In this document: positions 29,097 through 38,727 of the stretch, piece after piece
How positions within the stretch are numbered: position 1 is the stretch's first letter
Layout of the letters: every line of letters begins with the position of its first letter
Source of the DNA: Candidatus Latescibacterota bacterium
Lineage (GTDB): Bacteria > Latescibacterota > UBA2968 > UBA8231
Direction of reading: 5' to 3'
Assembly: GCA_965248355.1 (NCBI GenBank)
Contig: OZ252098.1
Span: 800,001 to 864,000, forward strand
DNA: 64,000 nucleotides
Notes under the pieces: model-generated
The model's database searches: none
What the model saw: only the letters and a program-made list of their open reading frames with translations
Told to the model about the DNA's origin: nothing
Translations under genes and position numbers: made by a program

Positions 29097-29842
29097 TCGC
29101 CGGCGACCGGGTCATCGACGCCCACGGCCACGTGGGCAACTGGGAGGTCCTCGGCATGCGCGACGCCGCCGGGGACGTCCTGCGGGCCATGGACCGCGCC
29201 GGCATCGACCTGTCGGTGGTCTTCGGCATCTTCCACCCCGAGGGCCGCAGGTCCAACGACGCCGCGGCCGCCTTCGTGGCCGCCCACCCCGACCGCTTCG
29301 CCGCCTTGGCCTACGTCTCGCCCTTGCTGCCGGAGGGCATGCTCTCCGAGCTGCGCCGGGCCATCGACGATCTCGGCTTTCTGGGCGTGAAGATCTACCC
29401 GCCGTACACGCCCTGGCCCCTCGACCACGAGGCCTGGGACCCGATCTACGCTTTCGTCGAAGAGCGCGGACTGCCCCTGCTCTCCCACACCGACGCCGGC
29501 GACGTCTCCCAGCCGGCGCAGCTGGCGGCGGCGGCGAGGCGCTTTCCGGGGGCCGCCTTCATCGCCGGTCACTCCGGCAACATGGAGCCCGCCCGCTCCC
29601 AGGCGATCCGGGCGGCGCAGGAGCTGCCCAACTACTACCTCGAGACCTGCTCCACCTACCGCACGCCCGGCGTCATCGAGGAGCTGGTGGCCGGCGCCGG
29701 CGCCGACCGGGTGCTCTTCGGGTCGGACCAGCCCCTGATGGATCCCCGGCCCCAGCTGGGCAAGATCATCACGGCCGACCTGACCGACGAGGACAAGCGC
29801 CTCATCCTCGGCGGCAACGCCGCCCGCCTGCTGGGCCTGTAG
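29093..29842 (+). CDS. amidohydrolase 2-family protein
   Basis: IDAHGH, GVKIYP, HT, GHSG, LFGSD and GGNAARLLG motifs. Confidence 0.88.
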   Translation: MIAGDRVIDAHGHVGNWEVLGMRDAAGDVLRAMDRAGIDLSVVFGIFHPEGRRSNDAAAAFVAAHPDRFAALAYVSPLLPEGMLSELRRAIDDLGFLGVKIYPPYTPWPLDHEAWDPIYAFVEERGLPLLSHTDAGDVSQPAQLAAAARRFPGAAFIAGHSGNMEPARSQAIRAAQELPNYYLETCSTYRTPGVIEELVAGAGADRVLFGSDQPLMDPRPQLGKIITADLTDEDKRLILGGNAARLLGL

Positions 29843-29844
29843 CC

Positions 29845-30735
29845 ATGGCCGGCCCCCTCACCCTGCTCAGCATCGGCGCCCACCCGGCCGACATCTTCGA
29901 TCAGTCGGGGGGCACCATGGCCCACCACGTGCAGCGCGGCGACCGCGTCGCCTGCGCCGTGCTCACCCACGGGGCCCGCGTCCACGACGCCGAGGTCAGC
30001 GACGCCATGTTCCACCGCAGGCAGGTGCCGGAGGCCGGGGAGCTGACCTCCCTGATGGAGGAGCGCGCCGAGGTCAAGGCCGGGGAGGTCCGCCGCGCCT
30101 GCGCCCTCCTCGGCGTGGAGGAGATCCACTTCCTCGGCTTCGACGACGCCGTGCTGCAGGCCACCGAGGAGATCGTGCGCCGCGTGGCGAGCCTGCTGCG
30201 CCAGGTGCGCCCCCACGTGGTCCTCACCCACTTCCCGTACGAGGGCAACGCCGTCAACGCCCACGCCGTCACCGGTCAGATCTGCCTGCTGGCCCTGGGG
30301 CTGGCCGGCAGCGTCGACCCCGGCGACCGCAACCCGCCGCTCCGGACCGCCCAGGTCTTCTTCTTCGGCACCGGCGCCGCGCCCCTGCCGCGCGATGTTT
30401 GGGGCGCCCGGGGCGGGTTCTACAACGATGTCTTCATCGACATCGGCGACGTGGTGGACAAGAAGCTGGCCGCCCTCGACGCCTTGGTCAGCCAGGGCTA
30501 CGGCGGCGCTTACGCCCGCAAGCGCATCGAGACCTCCGACGGCGCCTTCGGCAACGCCGCCCACTGCAGCTACGCCGAGGGCTTCATCAAGATGAACGCC
30601 GAGTGCCACCACTACCTGCCGGTGACCGATCGGGCCCTCGAGATGGCGGGGTTGAGCGACCACCAGATGATCGCCCGGGCATCGCTCCGGCAGGACGTGG
30701 ACCAGGGCGCTTCCGGGGCTGGTTCCTCCGCTTGA
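29845..30735 (+). CDS. PIG-L/LmbE-family deacetylase
   Basis: GAHPAD..D..GGT, LT.G, ACALLG, LTH, KL.AL...SQ and YAEGF motifs. Confidence 0.82.
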   Translation: MAGPLTLLSIGAHPADIFDQSGGTMAHHVQRGDRVACAVLTHGARVHDAEVSDAMFHRRQVPEAGELTSLMEERAEVKAGEVRRACALLGVEEIHFLGFDDAVLQATEEIVRRVASLLRQVRPHVVLTHFPYEGNAVNAHAVTGQICLLALGLAGSVDPGDRNPPLRTAQVFFFGTGAAPLPRDVWGARGGFYNDVFIDIGDVVDKKLAALDALVSQGYGGAYARKRIETSDGAFGNAAHCSYAEGFIKMNAECHHYLPVTDRALEMAGLSDHQMIARASLRQDVDQGASGAGSSA

Positions 30736-30760
30736 CATGGGCCGCCCTCCGGCGTAAGGT
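30732..30760 (+). promoter_or_regulatory. strong sigma70-like promoter TTGACA-17-TAAGGT
   Basis: Perfect -35, 17-bp spacer, TAnnnT -10. Confidence 0.75.
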
Positions 30761-30766
30761 ACTGGC

Positions 30767-30922
30767 ATCCCCAGGCCGGTTCCTTCGGGTTCCGGCCGAA
30801 CCGGAACGACGGTAGGCCGCCTCGTACCGCCGTTTCGGAAAGTCGAGCGGTCCTCTGCTTTCTCCTACGCTCGACCTTGTTTCTCCATAGGCAGGAGGCC
30901 TTCGGGCCTCCTGCCTATTTTT
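30767..30922 (+). ncRNA. putative structured small RNA or cis-regulatory leader (three hairpins plus a terminator); family not recognised
   Basis: Hairpins at 30774-30797 (cUUCGg loop), 30801-30838 and 30842-30875 (CU-rich loop), lying between a promoter and a terminator. Confidence 0.7.
30887..30922 (+). terminator. intrinsic terminator ATAGGCAGGAGGCC-TTCG-GGCCTCCTGCCTAT followed by a T run
   Basis: Perfect 14-bp stem, UUCG loop, T-tract. Confidence 0.85.
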
Positions 30923-30923
30923 C

Positions 30924-32237
30924 ATGTCGCCCGAACCGCCCACGATCCTCCCACCCGCGATCCTCCCCATGACCCTCTCCCGTGAAGCTGCGGCCGCCCT
31001 CGACCGGCGGCTGGCCCGCGTCGACGACACCGAGCCGCGGATCCGGGCCCTGGTCCCGGAGGCGGACCGCCGCCGGCGTCTGGCCGCCGAGCTGGAGGCC
31101 GCGCCGGAGGGCCCCCTGGGCCACCTGCTGGTGGGCGTGAAGGACATCTTCCACGCGCGGGGTCTGCCCACCCGGGCCGGTACCGAGCTGCCCGCCGGGC
31201 TCTTCGCCGCCGAGGGCGCCGAGGAGGCCGACGCCGACTGCGTGGCCGCCCTGCGGGCGGCCGGAGCGGTGGTGCTCGGCAAGGCGGCGACCACCGAGTT
31301 CGCCTACTTCGAGCCGGGGCCCACGCGCAATCCGCGCGATCCCGCCCACACCCCCGGCGGCTCCTCCAGCGGCTCGGCGGCGGCGGTGGCGGCCGGGTAC
31401 TGCGAGCTGGCCCTGGGGTCCCAGACCGTGGGCTCCGTCATGCGGCCGGCCGCGTTCTGCGGCGTCGTGGGGTTCAAGCCGAGCTACGGGCGCGTGCCCC
31501 GCGGCGGCCTGCTGCTGTGCTCCCCGTCGGTGGACACGGTGGGGCTCTTCGCCCCCGACGCGGCCACGGCGGCCCGGGGGGCCGAAGTGATCGTCGAGGG
31601 ATGGGACTCCTCCGTTGCCCGGAATCTCCGGGCGGCCGACTCGCCCCGGCCCGTCCTCGGCGTGCCGGAGGGTCCGTACCTGTGGCACGCCTCGCCGGAG
31701 GGCCTGGCGGCCTTCGAAGAGCAGTCGGGGAAGCTGGAGTCCGCCGGCTTTCGGGTGAAGCGGCTGGAGGTCCTGGCCGACATCGACGAGGTCAACGAGC
31801 GCCACCGGGACCTGCACGCGGCGGAGATGGCCATCGAGCACGCCGGATGGCTGGAGGAATACCTCCATCTCTACCGGCCGCTGACCCGCGAGTTCCTGCT
31901 GGGCGGCCGGGAGATCCCCGAGACGCGGCGGCTGGAGGCCCGGGAAGGGCGCGGGCGGCTGCGGCGCCAGCTGGAGGAGGCCATGGGGGCGGAAGGCGTC
32001 GACCTCTGGATCTGCCCGTCGGCGGTGGGGCCCGCCCCCCGCGGCCTGGAGGCGACGGGGGATCCGGTCATGAACCTGCCGTGGACCCACTCCGGCCTGC
32101 CGGCCCTGAGCCTGCCCGCGGGCCTCGTCGGCCGGCTGCCCCTGGGCCTGCAGTGCGTGGCCGCCCACGGCCGCGACGAGTCCCTCATGGCCTGGGGCGC
32201 CGCCCTCGAGGCGGCCCTGGGACCCGTCGGGGGCTGA
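30924..32237 (+). CDS. amidase-signature family enzyme (start may be 30969)
   Basis: VKD, GKAATTEFA, PGGSSSGSAAAVA, GSQT.GS..RPAAFCG and GFKPS motifs. Confidence 0.9.
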   Translation: MSPEPPTILPPAILPMTLSREAAAALDRRLARVDDTEPRIRALVPEADRRRRLAAELEAAPEGPLGHLLVGVKDIFHARGLPTRAGTELPAGLFAAEGAEEADADCVAALRAAGAVVLGKAATTEFAYFEPGPTRNPRDPAHTPGGSSSGSAAAVAAGYCELALGSQTVGSVMRPAAFCGVVGFKPSYGRVPRGGLLLCSPSVDTVGLFAPDAATAARGAEVIVEGWDSSVARNLRAADSPRPVLGVPEGPYLWHASPEGLAAFEEQSGKLESAGFRVKRLEVLADIDEVNERHRDLHAAEMAIEHAGWLEEYLHLYRPLTREFLLGGREIPETRRLEAREGRGRLRRQLEEAMGAEGVDLWICPSAVGPAPRGLEATGDPVMNLPWTHSGLPALSLPAGLVGRLPLGLQCVAAHGRDESLMAWGAALEAALGPVGG

Positions 32238-32325
32238 GGCTTCCCGCGAGAGGGAACTTCGACCCGCGTACCGGCGGTTCCTATATTTCGTAGAAATCCA
32301 TGAAGGAGAGCCGCGGAGAGGACGG

Positions 32326-33198
32326 ATGAAGCTGAGCAAGGACCAGATCGAGTTCTATCGCGAGAGGGGGTACCTCGGGGTGGAGGGGGTGTTCTCGACG
32401 GCCGAAGTCGCGGAGTTGAGCCGGGTGACCGACGAGTTCGTGGAGAAGTCGCGCACCGTGATCGAGCATGACGACATCTTCGATCTCGAGCCCGACCACA
32501 CGCCCGAGTTCCCCAAGCTGCGCCGCCTCAAGACCCCCGCCCGTCACCACGAGGTCTACGACCGCGCCCTGCGCAACGACCGTGTCCTCGACATCGTCAG
32601 CCAGCTCGTCGGCACCGAGGCCCTGCGCGGCCACGGGAACAAGCTCAACATCAAGGCCGCCGACTTCGGCAGTCCCGTGGAGTGGCACCAGGACTGGGCC
32701 TTCTACCCGCACACCAACGACGACATGCTGGCCGTCGGCGTCTGCATCGACGAGATGTCGGAGGAGAACGGCTGTCTTCTCGTGATCCCCGGCTCCCACA
32801 AGGGTCCGGTCCTCGACCACCACCAGGACGGCCGCTTCGCCGGCGCCGTCACCGATCCCGCCTTCGACGACTCCACGGCCGAGAAGGTGGAGCTGCCCGC
32901 CGGCGGCATCTCCCTCCACCACGTGCGCGCCCTCCACGGCTCGCTGTCCAACCACTCGCCGAACCCGCGGCGCCTGCTGTTGTTCGAGTACGGCGCCGGC
33001 GATTCCTGGCCGCTGAGAGGCGCGGACTGGGAGGCCTACTGCAACGCCTTCGTGCGCGGCGAGCCCTCCATCCAGCCTCGCCTGGCCGCGGTCCCCGTGC
33101 GGCTGGCCCTGCCGGCGGCGTTGCGGGCGGGCTCCATCTACGAGAACCAGAGCGTCCTCAAGAGCACGACCTTCAAGTCCGCCGCCCCCAAGGGCTGA
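32326..33198 (+). CDS. phytanoyl-CoA dioxygenase (PhyH)-family Fe/2OG dioxygenase
   Basis: WHQD, ENGCL.VIPGSH and HGS..N.S..PRR motifs. Confidence 0.9.
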   Translation: MKLSKDQIEFYRERGYLGVEGVFSTAEVAELSRVTDEFVEKSRTVIEHDDIFDLEPDHTPEFPKLRRLKTPARHHEVYDRALRNDRVLDIVSQLVGTEALRGHGNKLNIKAADFGSPVEWHQDWAFYPHTNDDMLAVGVCIDEMSEENGCLLVIPGSHKGPVLDHHQDGRFAGAVTDPAFDDSTAEKVELPAGGISLHHVRALHGSLSNHSPNPRRLLLFEYGAGDSWPLRGADWEAYCNAFVRGEPSIQPRLAAVPVRLALPAALRAGSIYENQSVLKSTTFKSAAPKG

Positions 33199-33247
33199 AC
33201 CTGGTGAGCGGCCACCCCGTCGACCGCATCGTGGAGAGGGCGAACTG

Positions 33248-34069
33248 ATGGGCCTCGTCGACTCGCTGCGGGACCAGGTCCTGGGGCAGGGCTACTGCAT
33301 CCTGGAGGAGGTCATCCCCTCCGACCGCGTCGGCCGGGTGCGCGACGGCGTGCTGCAGGCGGCGTCCTCCCACAACCGTCCCGACGCGCCCGCCAACCGC
33401 GGCGCCGTGTCGGGGCTGATCAACCACACCCAGGGCTTCGCCCCTTACCTGGCCGACCCGCGGCTGACGGGCCTGACCCAGGCCCTGCTGGGCCGGCCGG
33501 TGCGCGTCTCCTTCACCTCCACCATCATCAGCTATCCGGAGGCCGAGCGCCTCCAGTGGCACGCCGACTGGCCCTTCAACCAGAACAACGCCGGCCACAT
33601 CCCGGCGCCCTATCTCGACGCCGTCGTTCACCTCACCTCGATCTGGATGCTCAGCGACTTCACGATCGCCAACGGCGCCACCCTCATCGTGCCGGGCAGT
33701 CACCGCGAGCCCAACAACCCCACCGGCGGCAACGGCGTTCCCATGTTTGAGCCGCACCCCGACGAGATCCACGTGGAGGGGAAGGCGGGCACGGTGATGG
33801 TCATGGACAGCCGCATGTGGCACGCCACTCCGCGCAACGACAGCGGCGAGATCCGCGTGGGCCTGGCCATCCGCTGGGCCCCCTGGTGGCTGAACCTCGA
33901 CGTGCTCATGCCCGCCTCCGACGACCGGGACCGCCTCCTGGAGGAGACCGGCGGCAAGGAGAACCAGGTGCCCCTGGTGGAGCCGGAGGTCTTCGCGGCC
34001 CTGCCGGCGGACGTGCAACCCCTCTTCCGGCACTGGCTCCGCGGCGGGGCGAACTGGCCCGGGGCCTGA
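33248..34069 (+). CDS. phytanoyl-CoA dioxygenase (PhyH)-family dioxygenase
   Basis: WHAD, NGATLIVPGSH and DSRMWH...N...R motifs. Confidence 0.9.
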   Translation: MGLVDSLRDQVLGQGYCILEEVIPSDRVGRVRDGVLQAASSHNRPDAPANRGAVSGLINHTQGFAPYLADPRLTGLTQALLGRPVRVSFTSTIISYPEAERLQWHADWPFNQNNAGHIPAPYLDAVVHLTSIWMLSDFTIANGATLIVPGSHREPNNPTGGNGVPMFEPHPDEIHVEGKAGTVMVMDSRMWHATPRNDSGEIRVGLAIRWAPWWLNLDVLMPASDDRDRLLEETGGKENQVPLVEPEVFAALPADVQPLFRHWLRGGANWPGA

Positions 34070-34142
34070 CGGGTTCCCGCTCCCCGGCCCTGACAGGGCG
34101 CCCCGCCGGGATAGCGCGCCCCCGTGCGTGGGGCCGTCCGCT

Positions 34143-34595
34143 CTACTCGGTTGCAGACTCGTCCGGGGTGGCTCGTGCCGCTGCGAGGTGGGTCTCGATC
34201 TTGCCGACGATCTCGGCGGCCGTGTTCTGCCTGGTCACCGTTTCCACCAGGTTGTTGTCCCGGGCGTCGATGAGCAGGACCAGGCCGGTCTTGTTGTTGG
34301 CCTTCAGGTGCTCCTCCACGCCCAGAGCCGCCGCAAGCAGGCGGGCCTGGGCCGTCCGGGTCGAGTCGGTGACGTCCAGCTGGACGAAGAGGACGGGCTC
34401 GTCGGCGACCCCCGCCCGGACTTCCTCGAGGATGGGCACGAGGGCCGTGCAGGAGCCGCACCAGTCGGCGTGGACCTTGGCCACGTACAGGGCCGGGTCG
34501 CCCTCGCCTTCCACAGGGACCGTGCCGGCGAGGGTGGGGGACTGGCTCAGGCACAGAGTCACGGCGGCGAGGGTGAAGACGCATCGGGTCAGCAT
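34143..34595 (-). CDS. secreted thioredoxin-like protein
   Basis: Signal peptide; HADWCGSC (CxxC). Confidence 0.8.
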   Translation of the reverse strand: MLTRCVFTLAAVTLCLSQSPTLAGTVPVEGEGDPALYVAKVHADWCGSCTALVPILEEVRAGVADEPVLFVQLDVTDSTRTAQARLLAAALGVEEHLKANNKTGLVLLIDARDNNLVETVTRQNTAAEIVGKIETHLAAARATPDESATE

Positions 34596-34688
34596 GTCTC
34601 TTGTCCCCTGGATTGTAGATCGTGTGGAGTCAGGATCATGGCGCATTCGTAGAAGGACGTCCTGGCTCGCTTGGGGTTCCTTCAGTGT

Positions 34689-35669
34689 CTACCCCTTGAC
34701 CACGGGACCCATGGCCGCGATGTGCTCCGGCCCCGAGGCGCAGCAGCCGCCGATGACCTGCGCCCCCATCTTCTTCCACCGGCCGGCGAACTCCGCCATG
34801 CGCGACGGGTAGTAGTCGGCGTTCTGCAGGATGTCCACGCCTCCGCTGGGCTTCTGGTTGGTCAGCATCGGCCGGTTGGCGAGGGGGGCCGTGGGGTTGT
34901 ACCCGAGGTTGGGATACGCGCCCACGGGGCCGGCGAAGGCCTCCCGCAGAATCGGCAGGCCGGCGGAGACGCTCTCCGGGTTGCTGCACATGAGCAGGAC
35001 GGCGTCCACGGGACGGCTCTCGAGGGCGGCGGCGAGATCGGTCAGGCTCTCGCCGTACTGCATGGCGCCGTCCTCCTGGATGTGGCGGACCCCGAGGAAG
35101 ACCGGCCGTCCGGCCTCGCCGCAGGCGTCGACGGCGGCCACGCAGTCCTCGACGAATCCCACGTACTCCGCCAGGATCAGGTCCGCGCCCTCGTCGGCCA
35201 GGAGCCTGGCGTGGTCGGCCCATTCCCGGCGGTAGGCTTCCGGGCCCAGGGCGTGGACGTCCGAAGTCGGGCGGTCCGAGACCATCGGCCACTGCAGGCT
35301 GGGCGCGGCGATCCCGCCGGCCACCCAGGCCTTCCCGCCCATGCCGTCCCGGGCCTCCACGGCGTTGCGGATCCCCGCGGTGGCGTAGGTCCGCCAGGCG
35401 CGGCGCTCACCGATGGTGTCGAGGCGGGACGGCGTCGTCCAGAAGTTGTTGCTGGTGATGATGTCGGCGCCGACCCGCAGGTAGTCGGAGTGCACCTGGC
35501 GGACCACGTCGGCGTACTCCACGTTGGCCGTGGCCGACCACGCCTTGAGCCGGTCCTCGGCCCCCTTGAGGACATCGGCCCCGCGGCGCTGCAGCTCCGA
35601 GCCGGTGCCGCCGTCGAGCAGCAGCATCTCGCCCCTGCCCAACCGTTCGGTGATTCCCTGTGCGGCCAA
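34689..35669 (-). CDS. homocysteine S-methyltransferase family protein
   Basis: LLDGGTGSEL, HSDYLRVGADII, MC, AYPNLG and IGGCC..GPEHI zinc motifs. Confidence 0.9.
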   Translation of the reverse strand: MAAQGITERLGRGEMLLLDGGTGSELQRRGADVLKGAEDRLKAWSATANVEYADVVRQVHSDYLRVGADIITSNNFWTTPSRLDTIGERRAWRTYATAGIRNAVEARDGMGGKAWVAGGIAAPSLQWPMVSDRPTSDVHALGPEAYRREWADHARLLADEGADLILAEYVGFVEDCVAAVDACGEAGRPVFLGVRHIQEDGAMQYGESLTDLAAALESRPVDAVLLMCSNPESVSAGLPILREAFAGPVGAYPNLGYNPTAPLANRPMLTNQKPSGGVDILQNADYYPSRMAEFAGRWKKMGAQVIGGCCASGPEHIAAMGPVVKG

Positions 35670-37556
35670 CTGATCTGCCCCTCTTCAACAGGTCCGTTTC
35701 CTGCCACCTGAAGGTAGTGCGGGCGGGGTTCCCCCGGGGAAGCTACTACTCGAGATAGATCAATCGTCTGGTCTGCCGCCCCCTGGGGTAGTGCAGGCAA
35801 GCGAGGTAGACGCCGGCCGCCAGCGGCCGCCCGCCTGGGTCCCGGGCATCCCAGTGGGCGCGGTGCCAGCCGGCGGTCTGGACCTGGTCGACCAGGGTGC
35901 GCACGACTTGGCCGAGGAGGTTGTAGACCTCCAGGCGCACCGGACCGGCCTCGGCCAGGCGGTAGGGGATGAGGGTACCGGCGTTGAAGGGGTTGGGGAA
36001 GTTGGGGTCCAGTCCGCTGAGGGCCGGCACCGCGGGAAGGGCGGCGGCCTTGCCCGCACCCTGGGTCTGGTCGGCCTCCAGGTGGGCGCCGCCGCCCATG
36101 GTGAGCTGCAGAACGTGGCGCCGGTCGGGGTTGAGGGGGATGCTGTTCCACCGTCCCACGACTTGCCCGTCGGAGGTGCGGGCGCGGGCCTGGTAGAGGC
36201 CGGTGATGCCGGGGTAGACATCGCTGATGGTCAGTTCCAGGCGGCCGTCCTCGTCGATGGGGGCCCTCCAGGCGTAGTCGGGTCGGCGGCCGGAGATGGA
36301 GCGGGAGAACTCGAGGGTCAGGCCGTGGACGTCGTCGCCGTGGAGGGTGGCCAGGATGGTGGCGGTATCGTGGCAGCGGGGCAGGTGGTCGACCCATGGG
36401 GCGAGAGGTTCGGGTACGCATCCGGTCAGGGGATTCTTGTCGAGGCGCAATTGTTCCAAATGGGTAAGTCGGCCCAACTCGGGAGGAATCCCACCGGTCA
36501 AGGCGTTGCCCGAGAGGAGCAGCTCCCGGAGGTGAGTCAGGTTGCTCCATTGAGGCGGGATGATACCGGTCAAGCGGTTGTCCTGGAGCCACAACAATTC
36601 CAGGTGAGTCAGTTGGCCCAACTCGGGAGGGAGCGGTCCGCTCAGGCCGTTGTTTGAGAGGAGCAACAAGCTCAACTGGGTCAACAGGCCGAGTTCGGGT
36701 GGGATCGGTCCCGAAAGCATGTTGTTGTTGAGAAGCAAGTACCTGACGTTGGCCAGTGCGCCCAACTCGGGTGGGATTGGACCGGTCAAATTGTTTGCAT
36801 GGAGTCCCAGACTGCGGAGTTCGGTCAGTCGGCCCAACTCTGATGGAATCTCCTCGATCAAGCCGTTGCCCGAGAGGAGCAACTCCCGGAGGGAGGTCAG
36901 GTCTCCCAACTGAGGCGGGATGGTACCTGTCAAGTGATTGTTCTGGAGCCACAGGAACTGCAGGTGAGGTAGTTTACCCAACTCGGGCGGAATCGGCCCC
37001 GTCAAGGCGTTGTTGGAGAGGAGCAACAATCTCAGCTGGGTCAGTTGGCCGAGCTCGGGTGGGATCTCCCCGGTCAACTGGTTCTTCAACAGGACCAACT
37101 CCATCAGTTCGGACAGTCGCCCCAACTCCGGCGGGATGGGTCCGGTCAGCCCGTTGACGCTGAGATCCAGCTCCTGCAAGCTCGTCAGTCTGACCAGTTC
37201 CTTCGGAATCCCTCCGGTCAACAGATTGGAATGGAGGCCCAATTCGCGCAGGTTGACCAGTTGGCCCAACTGGGAAGGAATGGGACCTGCCAACTCGTTC
37301 TCGGAGAGCACCAGCCAATTCAGCCTTGTCAATTGCCCCAGTTCGGGCGGAATGGGACCCGTCAGATCGTTTGCCTGGAGGTTCAGCAGCTCCAACCCTT
37401 TCAGTTGTCCCAACTCGGAAGGGATTGCACCCGTCAGGCTGTTGTCATGGAGGTACAAGGCCGTCAAGTTGGCCAGTTCGGCAAGTTGGGGTGGAACGGG
37501 ACCTGTCAAGTCGTTTCCCCGCAGGTTCAGGACTCTCAACTTCTCCAGTCGTGCTA

Positions 37557-38727
37557 GTGTCCCGTCCGAGAATTAAGAAGAATCAACAAGGGCTGTCCGA
37601 TGTCGCCGCCACCGTCTCCCGAGCGCGCTGGATCTTGCGCAGGATGGTCTCGCCGTCGGCCTTCCAGCGGTAGGGTTTGGGGGCCAAGTTCCGCTGCGCC
37701 AAGTAGGCTTCGATGTCGCGCACCAACTCCCCGACGCTGGCAAAGCTGCCGTCCCGAATCACATCCTGCGTCAGCTCGCCGAAGAACCGTTCGACCAAGT
37801 TCATCCAGGAGGAACTGGTGGGGGTGAAATGGACATGGAAGCGCCGATGCCGAGACAACCAATGCTGCACGCTCTCCTCCTTGTGGGGGCCGGCGTTGTC
37901 CACGATCAGGTGCAGCGACAGGTTCTTGGGCGTCTCGCGGTCGATCTGCTTGAGAAAGCGGAGCCATTCGACGTGGGTATGACGCGCCTCCAGACGCGCG
38001 ATGAGCTTGCCGTCGAGGTAGTTGAGCGCGGCGAACAAGGTGATCGTACCGTGGCGCTTGTAATCGTGGGTCCGGGTGCGGATGTCGCCGATCCCCAGCG
38101 GCAAGCCCGGCTGGGTCCGTTCCAGCGCCTGGCACTGGCTCTTCTCGTCACAGCACAGCACCAGCGCGCGCTCGGGGGGATCCAGGTAGAGCCCGATCAC
38201 GTCCCAGAATTTTTCCTCGAAGTGCGGGTCCGTGGAGACCTTGAAGGTCTTGGTCAAATGGGGCTTGATGTCGTTGGCCTTCCAGATCCGGTGCACGCTG
38301 TCCGGCGACATCCCCGCCGCCTGGGCCATCGAGCGCACGCTCCAGCGCGTGCGCGGCTTCGGCGGCTGCGTGACCGCGGTGAGGACCTGCTCGACCTTGT
38401 CCGCCGGCAAGCTCGCCGGCCGGCCCCGGCCCTTGGCGTCGTTCAGTCCCGCCAAACCCTCGCGATCAAAGCGTTGCGACCACTTGTTCACACACGCCAC
38501 ACTGGCGCCCAACTCGGCGGCCACCTGCACCTGCTTGATCCCTTCGGCCCGGCGCAGGACGATGGCCGCGCGCAGGCTGTCGCGCTGGGACGCGGAGGGG
38601 GCCCTGACGCGACGCTCCAACTCCTGTCGCTCGGACGCGGTCAACTCAAGGCGGGACACCGGGCGGGCCATGGCCTGAAGATAAGGCCTTGACTCTGTTT
38701 TTACAACTCATTTGTCGGACGCGACAC
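37557..38727 (-). mobile_element. IS630-family insertion sequence (~1171 bp) with TA target duplication (37555-37556 and 38728-38729) at a CTAG site
   Basis: IRs (TA)GTGTCCCGTCCGAGAA / (TA)GTGTCGCGTCCGACAA. Confidence 0.92.
37583..38671 (-). CDS. IS630 transposase, intact single frame
   Basis: N-terminal HTH; CDEKSQ, HDYKRHGT, IVDN and HFTPTSSSWMNLVERFF motifs. Confidence 0.93.
   Translation of the reverse strand: MARPVSRLELTASERQELERRVRAPSASQRDSLRAAIVLRRAEGIKQVQVAAELGASVACVNKWSQRFDREGLAGLNDAKGRGRPASLPADKVEQVLTAVTQPPKPRTRWSVRSMAQAAGMSPDSVHRIWKANDIKPHLTKTFKVSTDPHFEEKFWDVIGLYLDPPERALVLCCDEKSQCQALERTQPGLPLGIGDIRTRTHDYKRHGTITLFAALNYLDGKLIARLEARHTHVEWLRFLKQIDRETPKNLSLHLIVDNAGPHKEESVQHWLSRHRRFHVHFTPTSSSWMNLVERFFGELTQDVIRDGSFASVGELVRDIEAYLAQRNLAPKPYRWKADGETILRKIQRARETVAATSDSPC

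Noticed and set aside
30767..30922. tRNA, SRP, 6S or a known riboswitch (TPP, SAM, cobalamin, c-di-GMP) identity for the structured RNA
   Set aside because: No cloverleaf, T-loop or diagnostic conserved motifs recognised; left unassigned pending an Rfam search.
36420..37550. Regular 72-nt periodic repeats resembling a CRISPR array
   Set aside because: They are degenerate in-frame LRR-coding units with no constant repeat/unique spacer structure and no cas genes.
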